Shown here one piece after another: positions 52,993-62,445 of a DNA stretch of 64,000 bases (positions within the stretch are counted from its first letter, which is position 1; the number at the start of each line of letters is the position of its first letter). The position numbers and the translations under genes were made by a program. The DNA is from Deltaproteobacteria bacterium. GTDB taxonomy: Bacteria > Desulfobacterota_D > UBA1144 > Nemesobacterales > CSP1-2. The notes under the pieces were generated by a model. It was not told where the DNA came from and did no database searches. It was given only the letters and a program-made list of their open reading frames with translations. The DNA lies in NCBI GenBank assembly GCA_052390235.1, contig JBQTHB010000005.1:288001-352000 (forward strand). The letters are read 5' to 3'.

Positions 52993-53020
52993 AGGATTTC
53001 TCATTCCACTCGAAATGACA
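52993..53020. repeat. GTCAT-type palindromic repeat
   Basis: AGGATTTCTCATTCCACTCGAAATGACA, similar to 52821-52847. Confidence 0.7.
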
Positions 53021-53218
53021 GAGATATACGGTCAAAATAGCAATGAATCGGCGGTTAGAGCGCTAATCACCAGCCACTAGTCATCGCTGATTCTTATAAG
53101 GGTTAACCCCATTCTAAATCCCAACTTCATCTACCTTTCATCCACGCGGGGCGAAGTTGATTCGATGCCCCCGTGGTATATAATTCGTCTTCAAAAATCA
53201 GCCCAGTAGAGGAGATTC

Positions 53219-54379
53219 ATGGCTATCCGAAACCAAAAATATGGCGATAGAAAGTCCTCAGTCGCTCTAGTCCTTCAGGGAGGCGGCGCGCTCGGAGCAT
53301 ATCACATTGGGGCGTATCAAGCTCTCGAAGAGGCGGGATACCAGCCCGACTGGGTCTCAGGCATATCCATCGGGGCGATAAATTCCGCCGTCATTGTCGG
53401 CAATAAGCCTGAGGACCGCCTTTGGAAACTCGAGCGGCTCTGGGATGACATCTCCTGGCCCGGAACGTGGGGCGGAATGCTCATGGGCAACTTCCTCAAG
53501 ATGCATAATGCGGGAAGCGCAATAGAGGCGCTCATGTTTGGACAGCCCAATTTCTTCACCCCCCGACTCCTAAATCCCTATCTCGCCCCCGCCGGGACGC
53601 CCGCCTCTACGAGCTATTACGACACGACCCCTCTGCGCGGCACGCTGGAAAGGCTCGTGGACTTCGAGCTTATAAACTCCCGCAGGGCGCGGCTCAGCCT
53701 TGGGGCAACTAGAGTAACAACGGGCGAAATAGTATTTTTCGACAACGTAGAATCCCAAATCACCAAAAAGCCGGACATCATCACCCCCGACCACATAATT
53801 GCGAGTGGCTCCCTGCCTCCTGGATTTCCCGCCGTGCGGATTGATGGAGAGCTTTACTGGGACGGCGGATGCGTCTCCAATACCCCGCTTGAGGCGATTC
53901 TCGATGATGAACCCGATGGGCATACGATAATTTTCATGATTGACCTCTGGGACGCCGAGGGCCCTGAGCCTCGGACAATGGACGAAGTGCTGTGGCGCCA
54001 GAAGAGGATTCAGTACGCAAGCCGCACCTCTCACCACATCGAGGCGGCGATAAAGAGCCAGAACCTGCGCCGCGCGGCGGAGTTCATGTCGCGCCAGCTT
54101 CCGCCTCAGTATCTCGACAATCCGGCTGTAAAGCAATCCCTCTCCCGCCACAAGGACTGCGAGCTTGACATAGTTCACATAATTTATCAGCCTGCCGAGG
54201 ACCAAGTCTCCCAGAGCGATACCGAGTTCTCCCGCTCTTCAATTGCCGCCCGAAGAGACGCCGGATACGAGGACATGAAAGCCGCTCTAAGGGAAGCGCC
54301 TTGGTTCAAAGCCAAGACCTCGGAGGCTGAAGGGGCGAAACTGCACTGCGTTAAAGCCGGGCGGGTGATTGCCGTTTGA
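53219..54379 (+). CDS. Patatin-like phospholipase (DUF3734-type C-terminus)
   Basis: LQGGGALG oxyanion loop, GISIG nucleophile elbow, WDGG; GAGGAG RBS; TTGATT-N16-TATAAT upstream. Confidence 0.92.
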   Translation: MAIRNQKYGDRKSSVALVLQGGGALGAYHIGAYQALEEAGYQPDWVSGISIGAINSAVIVGNKPEDRLWKLERLWDDISWPGTWGGMLMGNFLKMHNAGSAIEALMFGQPNFFTPRLLNPYLAPAGTPASTSYYDTTPLRGTLERLVDFELINSRRARLSLGATRVTTGEIVFFDNVESQITKKPDIITPDHIIASGSLPPGFPAVRIDGELYWDGGCVSNTPLEAILDDEPDGHTIIFMIDLWDAEGPEPRTMDEVLWRQKRIQYASRTSHHIEAAIKSQNLRRAAEFMSRQLPPQYLDNPAVKQSLSRHKDCELDIVHIIYQPAEDQVSQSDTEFSRSSIAARRDAGYEDMKAALREAPWFKAKTSEAEGAKLHCVKAGRVIAV

Positions 54380-54469
54380 CGAGCGCTGAGGAGAGGATTT
54401 ATTGCCGCGAAAACACGGGGCGGCAGGTGTTTCAGCAAAGCCCCCCCTGTCTCGCCCCCAGCCCCTCGG

Positions 54470-54624
54470 CCCGGAATGACGTCTCTGCGCGCGCATCATT
54501 TCACCTCATTCTCTGTCTTGCTTCGACTATTTTTTTCTGTCATTTCGAGTAAAGCGAGAAATCTTGAATCCGATTCACCATCCCATCTCTCGCTTGGAGG
54601 GGTGAGAAAAAAACGCATTCATCC
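54470..54624 (-). repeat. 155-bp inverted repeat, right copy
   Basis: Reverse complement of 52761-52915. Confidence 0.92.
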
Positions 54625-54649
54625 AGCGCATCCTGCGTATCCTGAATCA

Positions 54650-56482
54650 TCACTCTTCGTTTAGATATTTCTCCCTCTTCGCCACTATCGCCCGCTTGGT
54701 TGCATCAAGCTCCATTTTGCGGAGTCTGTGGCAGGATGGCGTAACCTCCACAAGCTCGTCTTCGGCTATGAATTCGATGGCTTGGTCAAGCGATAGGGGG
54801 CGCGGCGGCCTCAGGACAACTGTCGCCTCGGCTGTGGCGCTGCGCATATTGGTGAGTTTTTTCTCTTTGGTGATGTTGACGTTGAGGTCCCCGCTTCTGT
54901 TCCTCACGCCGATGACCATACCCTCATAGACGGCTGTTCCCACGTCAATAAATAGCTCCCCCCTGTCAACCATCGAGAGGCTCGCGTAGGATGTGGATTT
55001 CCCCACTCTATCCGAAACCAGAGCGCCGGTTGACCTCTGTGGTATCGCCCCGTGCCACGGCTCGTAGCCCTCAAAAAGCGTGTTCATGACGCCCGTTCCT
55101 TTGGTGTCTATGAGAAATTGGCTTCTAAAGCCGATAAGCCCTCTCGAGGTGATTAAAAATTCGATGTCAACACGCCCGTTGCCGTTGTTGCGCAGAGTCT
55201 CCATTCGCCCCTTTCTCTGGGCGACTTTCTCGGTAACGACGCCCACGTGCGCCTCAGGCACGTCAATAAAAATCCTCTCGACGGGTTCGGTGGTTTTCCC
55301 GTTTTCCTCCCTTGTGATGACCCTCGGCTGAGATACCATGAATTCGTAACCCTCGCGCCTCATGGTCTCGATGAGAATCGCCATCTGAAGCTCCCCTCGC
55401 CCGGATACCTCAAATGCGTCGGCTCTGTCGGTATCTCTGACCGAGATAGCCACGTTTGAGAGCTTCTCGCGCCAGAGCCTCTCCCTCAGATGCCTCGACG
55501 TGAGAAATTTTCCTTCCCTGCCAGCTAGGGGGCTAGTGTTAACGTAGAAAATCATAGAAATTGTAGGCTCGTCAACTTTTATGCGGGGAAGGGGTTTTGG
55601 GGATTCTGCGTCCGAGACCGTGTCGCCGATTTTTATATCATCCACTCCGGCGATGGCGGCGATGTCTCCGGCTTCCACCTTGTCGGTTAGAGTCCTTTGG
55701 AGTCCCCGGAATGTGTAGAGGGATGAGATTTTAAAATTGCTTACCGCTCCGCCTTCGCCGCATAGGGCGTAGGTTTGACCCGCAATGAGCGCGCCGTTCA
55801 TGAGCCTTCCGACAGCGATTCTGCCGACGTAGTTGTCGTAGTCGAGATTAGTGATGAGAAATTGAGGGATGGAGTCGTCCAGCGCGCCGGGCCCTGGGAT
55901 GTGCGATATGATGACATCGAAAAGGGGGGTTAAATTCACCGAGCCGTCCCCGATTTTGCAATGCGCGATGCCGGCTTTGGCGTTTGTATAGACTATAGGG
56001 AACTCGATTTGCTCTTCGTTGGCGTCTAGCTCGATGAATAGGTCGTAGGTTTCGTTTATGACCTCTTGGGCGCGGGCGTCGGAGCGGTCAATTTTATTAA
56101 TCACGAGTATAACGGGGAGTTTCTTCTCAAGGGCTTTTTTTACGACAAATCGCGTCTGCGGAAGCGGCCCCTCGCTTGCGTCAACCAGCAGCAGCGCCCC
56201 GTCAACCATGTTGAGGCTACGCTCCACCTCGCCGCCGAAATCTGCGTGTCCTGGGGTGTCCACTATGTTGATTTTTGTCCCCTGCCAGGAGATAGCCGTA
56301 TTTTTAGCCATTATCGTGATGCCGCGCTCCCGCTCCAAGTCCATTGAGTCCATAACGCGCTCTGCAACCTGCTGATTCTCGCGGAACACGCCGCTTTGCC
56401 GGAGCATCGCGTCAACGAGCGTGGTCTTGCCGTGGTCAACGTGGGCGATGATGGCTATGTTTCTGATGTTTTGCTTTCTCAT
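54650..56482 (-). CDS. typA: Translational GTPase TypA/BipA
   Basis: [45 protein letters not shown]. Confidence 0.97.
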   Translation of the reverse strand: MRKQNIRNIAIIAHVDHGKTTLVDAMLRQSGVFRENQQVAERVMDSMDLERERGITIMAKNTAISWQGTKINIVDTPGHADFGGEVERSLNMVDGALLLVDASEGPLPQTRFVVKKALEKKLPVILVINKIDRSDARAQEVINETYDLFIELDANEEQIEFPIVYTNAKAGIAHCKIGDGSVNLTPLFDVIISHIPGPGALDDSIPQFLITNLDYDNYVGRIAVGRLMNGALIAGQTYALCGEGGAVSNFKISSLYTFRGLQRTLTDKVEAGDIAAIAGVDDIKIGDTVSDAESPKPLPRIKVDEPTISMIFYVNTSPLAGREGKFLTSRHLRERLWREKLSNVAISVRDTDRADAFEVSGRGELQMAILIETMRREGYEFMVSQPRVITREENGKTTEPVERIFIDVPEAHVGVVTEKVAQRKGRMETLRNNGNGRVDIEFLITSRGLIGFRSQFLIDTKGTGVMNTLFEGYEPWHGAIPQRSTGALVSDRVGKSTSYASLSMVDRGELFIDVGTAVYEGMVIGVRNRSGDLNVNITKEKKLTNMRSATAEATVVLRPPRPLSLDQAIEFIAEDELVEVTPSCHRLRKMELDATKRAIVAKREKYLNEE

Positions 56483-56615
56483 AAAATTTTTCCGTCTCCT
56501 ATTCTGTGATGATTGAATTTAGCCGATTTGTCGAACACTCCCCCAGCCTTTGGTCTGCGCTCGGGGGGATGGGCTTGTCAGAGGATACTGCCGCTGAAGC
56601 TCGCGTATTGATTAA

Positions 56616-57107
56616 TCAATCCGGCATCGCAAGGGGTTTGGGCGATACGATAATCCCGTTGCCATCCGAATAGACAAACTCTCCCGGGCTAAAGGAGACT
56701 CCGGCAAACGAGATGGCAACGTTAATATCCCCCATTCCGCGCCTTTCGGTCTTGAGCGGAATCGCTCCCAGCGCCTTCACCCCGAGATTCATCTGCGCAA
56801 TGGCGTCCACATCCCGAATCGAGCCGTAGATGATTATTCCCTCCCAGCCGTTTTTCTCCGCGCTCTGGGCTATTAAATCCCCAAGCAGTGCGCGCCTCCT
56901 TGAGCCGCCGCCATCAACGACCATGACTCTCCCATTACCGGGAGCGCCTGCGAGATTCTTCACCATCGAATTGTCCTCAAAGCACTTGACCGTAACGATT
57001 TCCCCTCCGAAATAGCTCTTCCCGCCGAAGTTTGTGAAAATCGGCTCGGCAACGCGAACCAAATCGGGGTAGGCGTCGCACAGGTCGGTGGTTGAATATG
57101 ATGTCAT
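56616..57107 (-). CDS. rraA: RraA family protein (HMG aldolase / RNase E regulator)
   Basis: [34 protein letters not shown]. Confidence 0.93.
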   Translation of the reverse strand: MTSYSTTDLCDAYPDLVRVAEPIFTNFGGKSYFGGEIVTVKCFEDNSMVKNLAGAPGNGRVMVVDGGGSRRRALLGDLIAQSAEKNGWEGIIIYGSIRDVDAIAQMNLGVKALGAIPLKTERRGMGDINVAISFAGVSFSPGEFVYSDGNGIIVSPKPLAMPD

Positions 57108-57240
57108 AAAATCTCTCCGCTGAGGTTGTGATGCGCCTAGAGTATTCACGAATTTCGCCGAGATACAAGATTCAGTGCGCAGGATTCGGGATTACCACCG
57201 AGACGCGAGCGAGCCGGCGGCTGGCGGTTAGCGGGCTAGA

Positions 57241-57912
57241 CTACTCGACGCTTTCCAGAGCCTCGCCGTCCCAGCGCTCAAGGGTTGTGAATGAAGAAAC
57301 GGGGTTGCGGCGGAGTTTCGTGATGCTTTTTGCTGGTCTCCCTAGGGGGATTATCGCCGCTACGGCAAAGCGAGCTGGGATGGCGAGAAGCTCCCGCAAT
57401 TTACCCTCTTCGGCTATGGGAAGAGTGGTAATGACCCCTCCGTACCCTTCGTTTCGGGCGGCGAGCAGTATATTCCACGCAAAGGGGTAAACCCCCGCCC
57501 CGCTCACGACCCCGACGCGAGCCAGGTATCTATCTATCGAGGCTACTACACTGAGGTCCACGCACACAACGAGAACCACCGCCGCCCCGGTGTAGTGCTT
57601 CATAAGCTGTGCCGGGGCAGGGGTTCTCTCAATTGTCTCAGGGCTTACCGAGCTTGGGATTACCGTATTCCAAGGGTTTTCCCCTGCGGCTTTCTCGGCG
57701 GCGTAACGCTTGGCGGCAGGCTCTGCTAACTGTGCGAGAGTGCGCCTCGTCTCTGGGTCTCGAATTACGATAACCCTCCAGCCCTGCCTGTTGCCTCCAC
57801 TTGGGGCAAAACGGGCGTTGTCGAGAATTTTATACACAGCGGCGTCGGGAATCGGCTCCTCCGTAAATTCCCTTGCCGAGAACGCCCCGCGCATAGCGTC
57901 GTATAGTTCCAT
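57241..57912 (-). CDS. Nitroreductase family protein
   Basis: REFTEEPI, APSGGNRQGW, NILLAARNEG, IPLGRP. Confidence 0.9.
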   Translation of the reverse strand: MELYDAMRGAFSAREFTEEPIPDAAVYKILDNARFAPSGGNRQGWRVIVIRDPETRRTLAQLAEPAAKRYAAEKAAGENPWNTVIPSSVSPETIERTPAPAQLMKHYTGAAVVLVVCVDLSVVASIDRYLARVGVVSGAGVYPFAWNILLAARNEGYGGVITTLPIAEEGKLRELLAIPARFAVAAIIPLGRPAKSITKLRRNPVSSFTTLERWDGEALESVE

Positions 57913-58063
57913 GGGATTGATTCTCCTCTTTCAATTCAGGATGCTCGATTGTAGTTAGATTTGCATCAGATTGCCGAGACTAATTCTACACGAAATTGGA
58001 TTTACGCGGGCGCGCCTAATTTAGAGCCGCCGAAATCCACCCTCTGGCTAAGCCATATCTCTC

Positions 58064-58092
58064 TTGACAATCCACCCTCAATCCGTTAATTT
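58064..58092 (+). promoter_or_regulatory. Putative sigma70 promoter of etfBA
   Basis: TTGACA-N17-TAATTT. Confidence 0.5.
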
Positions 58093-58193
58093 CTTGCGTT
58101 TCTCGCATAACCTCTTATGGTTTTTGAGTTTTTTCGATGAGAGAGACCTTCAAATTTTAAGCCGAAACTATAACTTTCAGGAGGTAGATTACG

Positions 58194-59027
58194 TTGAAAA
58201 TCGTCGTTATTGTAAGACAGACACCCGACACGGAGGCTAAGATTAAAGTCGCCTCAAGCGGGGATAAAATTGACTCCGAGGGGATAAAGTGGATTGTGAA
58301 CCCCTATGACGAGTTTGCGATTGAAGAAGGAATCAGAATTAAGGAAAAGCTGGGCGGCGAGGTGAACCTAATCACCATGGGACCCGCCAGATGCGCCGAA
58401 GCCCTGCGCACAGGGCTTGCCATGGGCGCGGACAACGCCGTCCACATCAAGGACGAGGCGTTTGCCTTTTCAGACCCCTATGCCGTTGCCAAGGCTCTGG
58501 CGCAGGAAATCAAAGCCATAGGCGGATTTGACCTCATCCTCACGGGCAAAAAAATGATTGACGAAGAGACGGGGCAGGTCGGCATCCAAATCGCCGAGGA
58601 TTTGGGAATTCCACACGTTGCCATCGTTACAAAATTGGACGTATCAGACGGCAAAAAAGCCGTATGCGTCAAAGAAATCGAAGGCGGACAGCAAATTGTA
58701 GAGGTCGCCCTTCCCGCGCTTGTAACCTGCGAGAGAGGGCTTAACGAACCGAGATACGCGTCCCTTCCCGGCATCATGAAGGCGAAGAAAAAACCCCTTA
58801 AGGAAGTGCCCGCCGCCGCCATAAACGTAGCCGAGATTGGGCTCACTGGAGAATCCCTCGGCGAGGCAGGAGCGCGACTTAAGACTGTGAGCTATCGCGT
58901 GCCGCAGATAGAGCGAAAGGTCGCCATCATAAAGGGCGATAAGCAAGCCATGGTGAAGAACGAAGAAATTGCCAAAGCGGCGGCGGAGTTGGTAAAGCTC
59001 CTCAGGGAAGACGCGAAGGTGATTTAA
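58194..59027 (+). CDS. etfB: Electron transfer flavoprotein beta subunit
   Basis: QTPDT, NPYDEFAIEE, LAMGAD, NEPRYASLPGIMKAKKK. Confidence 0.95.
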   Translation: MKIVVIVRQTPDTEAKIKVASSGDKIDSEGIKWIVNPYDEFAIEEGIRIKEKLGGEVNLITMGPARCAEALRTGLAMGADNAVHIKDEAFAFSDPYAVAKALAQEIKAIGGFDLILTGKKMIDEETGQVGIQIAEDLGIPHVAIVTKLDVSDGKKAVCVKEIEGGQQIVEVALPALVTCERGLNEPRYASLPGIMKAKKKPLKEVPAAAINVAEIGLTGESLGEAGARLKTVSYRVPQIERKVAIIKGDKQAMVKNEEIAKAAAELVKLLREDAKVI

Positions 59028-59108
59028 TGCGGCCGAGGAAATTTCTCAATGTTGCGGGGAGAGCCGGAAATTTGCGCCGGCTAAATCAATTTATTTCAGG
59101 AGGAAAAA

Positions 59109-60089
59109 ATGAGCGAAATTTGGGTAGTAGCCGATTTAACAATTGACAATAAAGTAAGAAAAGTAACTCTTGAGGCGCTTTCTGAGGCTAGAAAAAAACT
59201 CGGCGCAAAGCTCGCCGCAGTCGTCCTAGGCTCAGGAGTCGGTGGGCTTGCGGGGGAACTCGGCAGGTACGGCGCGGAGAAAGTCTATGTGGTTGACAGC
59301 GAGCTTCTAGAGGATTTCACCCCTGAGGGCTATTCCATCGCCCTTTCTGATTTGATTAAAAAGCACAATCCCTCCATCGTGCTTACGGGAAACACCGCTT
59401 CGGCTCAGGATTATTTCCCAAGAGCGGCGGCGCGCGTCGGGGCGGGGCTTGCCCTCGATGCAGTTGAGCTTGATATGACCTCCGACGGCAGGCTGAAGGT
59501 TCAGAGGTATAAATACTCGGCAAAAGCCATTGCCACGGTTGAATTCCTCGGCAACAAGCCGATGATGGCAACGGTGCGCCCGAATGTGTTTAAGCCTGAG
59601 GAAAGCGCGAAAACCCCTGAGGTTATAAACGAGACCGTAAGCCTCAAGGCGTCCGACATAGTTACAAAAATCATCGAGGTTAAGAGAAAAGCGTCCGAGA
59701 GACCTGAGCTTACCGAGGCGGAGAGAATAGTCGCCGGTGGAAGAGGCCTGGCAAGCGCCGATAATTTCAAGCACATCTACGACCTTGCCGACTCCTTCAG
59801 CGCGGCGGCCGGGGCTTCGCGCGCCGCTGTGGATTCCGGATATGCCCCGTTTGAGATGCAGGTAGGGCAGACGGGCAAGGTGGTGTCGCCGGTGCTGTAC
59901 GTGGCTGTGGCGATTTCTGGCTCAATTCAGCACTACGCCGGCATGGGGTCTTCAAAGGTGATTGTGGCGATAAACAAAGACCCCGATGCGCCGATATTCC
60001 AGAAATGCGATTACGGGCTTTGCGGGGATTTATTTGAGGTGCTTCCGACCCTCACGGCGGATGTGAAAAAACTCCTCTCTCAGCAATAA
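59109..60089 (+). CDS. etfA: Electron transfer flavoprotein alpha subunit
   Basis: [40 protein letters not shown]. Confidence 0.96.
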   Translation: MSEIWVVADLTIDNKVRKVTLEALSEARKKLGAKLAAVVLGSGVGGLAGELGRYGAEKVYVVDSELLEDFTPEGYSIALSDLIKKHNPSIVLTGNTASAQDYFPRAAARVGAGLALDAVELDMTSDGRLKVQRYKYSAKAIATVEFLGNKPMMATVRPNVFKPEESAKTPEVINETVSLKASDIVTKIIEVKRKASERPELTEAERIVAGGRGLASADNFKHIYDLADSFSAAAGASRAAVDSGYAPFEMQVGQTGKVVSPVLYVAVAISGSIQHYAGMGSSKVIVAINKDPDAPIFQKCDYGLCGDLFEVLPTLTADVKKLLSQQ

Positions 60090-60105
60090 TTTCCGAAACC
60101 AGAAT

Positions 60106-60139
60106 CCGAGGGGGGCGGCAATTGAGTCGTCCCCCTCGG
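60106..60139. terminator. GC-rich hairpin between convergent etfA and murI
   Basis: CCGAGGGGG...CCCCCTCGG stem; no clean U-tract. Confidence 0.55.
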
Positions 60140-60207
60140 CTCATGGGGCGAGATTCCTCAGCCGCTCCAATTTTTTCTTAACTAACCACTAGCCACTAAA
60201 AACTGCC

Positions 60208-61023
60208 TTACAGATCTATCTGCTCAACTCCCCCGACGTCCTGCCCTAAGAATCTCGACGCCGTGGATATGAACGTGTCCGAGGTATCGGTGAGATAAAA
60301 TTCTCTAATTGCCGCGTCGTTGCTTCCACGGTTGGCTATGCCATTTTCTGCGATAACCCTCTCTATTTCGAGAGCGGTTTCGGCGGCGGAGTCAATGAGC
60401 GCGACCCCCTCGCCCATCACTTTCTCTATCACGCGCCGCAAAAGCGGGTAGTGCGTGCATCCGAGGATGAGAACATCAACCCCCGCATCCCTCATCGGCT
60501 CAAGATATTTTACTGCCGTGAGCTCGGCGATTGCTCCCTCTGTCCAGCCCTCGTCGGCGAGCGGCACAAACAGCGGACAGGCTCTGGATACGACCGTAAT
60601 CTCAGGGGCGAGGGCCTCTATGGCTTTTTTATAAGCCCCGCTCTTGATGGTCGAGGGTGTGCCGATGACCCCGACTCTGCCGGTTTTCGTCGCTCTAGCC
60701 GCGCGCCTTGCCCCCGGCTCAATCACCCCTATGACGGGAATATTGAAATCCCAGCGGAGCGAGGGGAGGGCGACCGCCGAGGCAGTGTTGCAGGCGACAA
60801 CGAGCAGTTTTATCCCCTTTCTGAGGAGAAACGCCGAGTTGCTCTGGGAATATGCGATGACCGTTTTGCTCGATTTTGTGCCGTAGGGAACGCGCGCCGT
60901 GTCTCCGAGATAAATTACGTTTTCATTGGGAAGCCGCCCTAGAATCTCCCTTAGAACCGTAAGCCCGCCGACGCCGGAATCGAACACCCCTATGGGGGAT
61001 GAATTTGCTTCTCTCTGTCTCAT
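60208..61023 (-). CDS. murI: Glutamate racemase
   Basis: FDSGVGG, PYGTK, VACNTAS, LGCTHYP. Confidence 0.97.
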   Translation of the reverse strand: MRQREANSSPIGVFDSGVGGLTVLREILGRLPNENVIYLGDTARVPYGTKSSKTVIAYSQSNSAFLLRKGIKLLVVACNTASAVALPSLRWDFNIPVIGVIEPGARRAARATKTGRVGVIGTPSTIKSGAYKKAIEALAPEITVVSRACPLFVPLADEGWTEGAIAELTAVKYLEPMRDAGVDVLILGCTHYPLLRRVIEKVMGEGVALIDSAAETALEIERVIAENGIANRGSNDAAIREFYLTDTSDTFISTASRFLGQDVGGVEQIDL

Positions 61024-61215
61024 CGGGCTTAAATGTTATTCGTAACGGAGTATCTGTCAACAGGCAGTATCGGATTCAAGCGCATCATCTGAGCCAAAGA
61101 GGGGATTTGACACGCGCTCTGGTTAAATGAGATAATTCCCGCTGGATTTTGCCGAGTTTGCATCATGGGCGAGGGCGAGTATCAAGATGTTTTGAGCAAT
61201 CTCTGGGGCTATTAT

Positions 61216-61734
61216 ATGAAAAATAAATCAGCATTCACACCCCAACCCTCGGATAACGCCCCCAGCGCCGTGCTACGCGACGAAGACTATATGCGCCTAG
61301 CCATTGCCGAAGCCCTAGTAGCCAGCGATGCCGGCGAAGCGCCTGTTGGGGCGGTTCTCGTGGGCGAAAAGGGCGAAATCCTAGCCGCCTGCCATAATCT
61401 CACCGAGACCCTAGGCGAGGCAACCGCTCACGCCGAGATGCTGGCGATACGAGAGGGCGGGGCTAGGCTCGGGGTGAAGAGGCTTCTGGGCGCGACTCTA
61501 TACGTTACGCTTGAGCCTTGCCCCATGTGCGCCGGCGCGATAGTTCTGTCGAGGATTCGTCGAGTGGTCTTCGGGGCGAGCGACCCCAAGTCGGGGGCTA
61601 TGGGGTCGGTTTACGCTGTCGGCGTGGATGGGCGTCTCAATCATACGCCTGAACTGAGACAGGGCGTGCTTGAGGGTGAGTGCGGGAGGTTGCTCAGGGA
61701 TTTTTTTAAGGCCCTGAGGGCTGAAAAACCTTGA
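61216..61734 (+). CDS. tadA: tRNA adenosine(34) deaminase
   Basis: EAPVGAV, HAEMLA, TLEPCPMCAGA, DPKSG, LNH; start codon uncertain. Confidence 0.92.
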   Translation: MKNKSAFTPQPSDNAPSAVLRDEDYMRLAIAEALVASDAGEAPVGAVLVGEKGEILAACHNLTETLGEATAHAEMLAIREGGARLGVKRLLGATLYVTLEPCPMCAGAIVLSRIRRVVFGASDPKSGAMGSVYAVGVDGRLNHTPELRQGVLEGECGRLLRDFFKALRAEKP

Positions 61735-61747
61735 GCTTATATATGCG

Positions 61748-62440
61748 TCATTCATCCCTCAGCGGTGCGCTTTGCTTGGGTTCTCTGCCTCTGCCATCGC
61801 GCGCGGGGCTGATGATGATTCTCTTCTCGTCGCCTTCGATGACTTTCGTGTCGAACTTCAGATTGCTCTCCCGCTTCAGCGCGGAGTAGGCGATTTTTCT
61901 CTCGAATGAGGACATTGGCTCAAGCGTAACTGGCCTGCCAGACCTGCGCACCCGTCTCGCCGCCTCTTTAACGCTTTTTATTATTGCCTCTTCTCTGCGT
62001 TTTTTATAGCCGCCTATGTCGAGCGATATTCTCTTCTCTTCCCCGCCGGCGGAGAGCCTGCCGGATATTCTGCCCATGAGAAATTCGACGGCTCGGAGCA
62101 TTTCCCCTCTCCTGCCGATGAGGATTGCTTTGTCATCGCCGGTTTTCACGTCGAGATTTATTCTGTCTGGGGACTCTCTAAGGCTCACGGCAAAGTCCGT
62201 CGAGAAAAACCCTAGAAGCTCTTCAAGGGCTTTTTTGGTTTTAAGCCCAATTTCTGTTATGTCTTCCAGTTTTACCCTGACGCGTACCCTGGCGTTTTTG
62301 CTCCCGATGCCAAAAATGCCCTTTGACCCTTCTTCGATTACCTCGACTTCGATTTCATCTCTGCTTAGCCCCAATTCCTCGCATACGCTTATTGCCGCCT
62401 CGGATACGGTTTTTGCCGCTCTTTCGATGACTATCGGCAT
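61748..62440 (-). CDS. jag: RNA-binding protein Jag/KhpB (EloR)
   Basis: Jag_N EVIEEGSKGIFGIG, KH ILIGRRG, R3H-like LEPMSSFERK; downstream of yidC. Confidence 0.9.
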   Translation of the reverse strand: MPIVIERAAKTVSEAAISVCEELGLSRDEIEVEVIEEGSKGIFGIGSKNARVRVRVKLEDITEIGLKTKKALEELLGFFSTDFAVSLRESPDRINLDVKTGDDKAILIGRRGEMLRAVEFLMGRISGRLSAGGEEKRISLDIGGYKKRREEAIIKSVKEAARRVRRSGRPVTLEPMSSFERKIAYSALKRESNLKFDTKVIEGDEKRIIISPARDGRGREPKQSAPLRDE

Positions 62441-62445
62441 TTTGC

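Noticed and set aside
52745..53020. CRISPR-like array
   Set aside because: Repeats alternate in orientation, are degenerate and irregularly spaced, and no cas genes are present
53219..54379. Patatin as a CBASS (CapV-like) anti-phage effector
   Set aside because: No cyclic-nucleotide synthase or other defence gene is adjacent, and the motifs fit the metabolic GGGALG/DUF3734 patatin group
52712..54664. Twin small ORFs (52712-52909 and 54476-54664; 52886-53080 and 54287-54499) with shared peptide sequence
   Set aside because: The similarity is a by-product of the 155-bp inverted repeat; no RBS or coding signal
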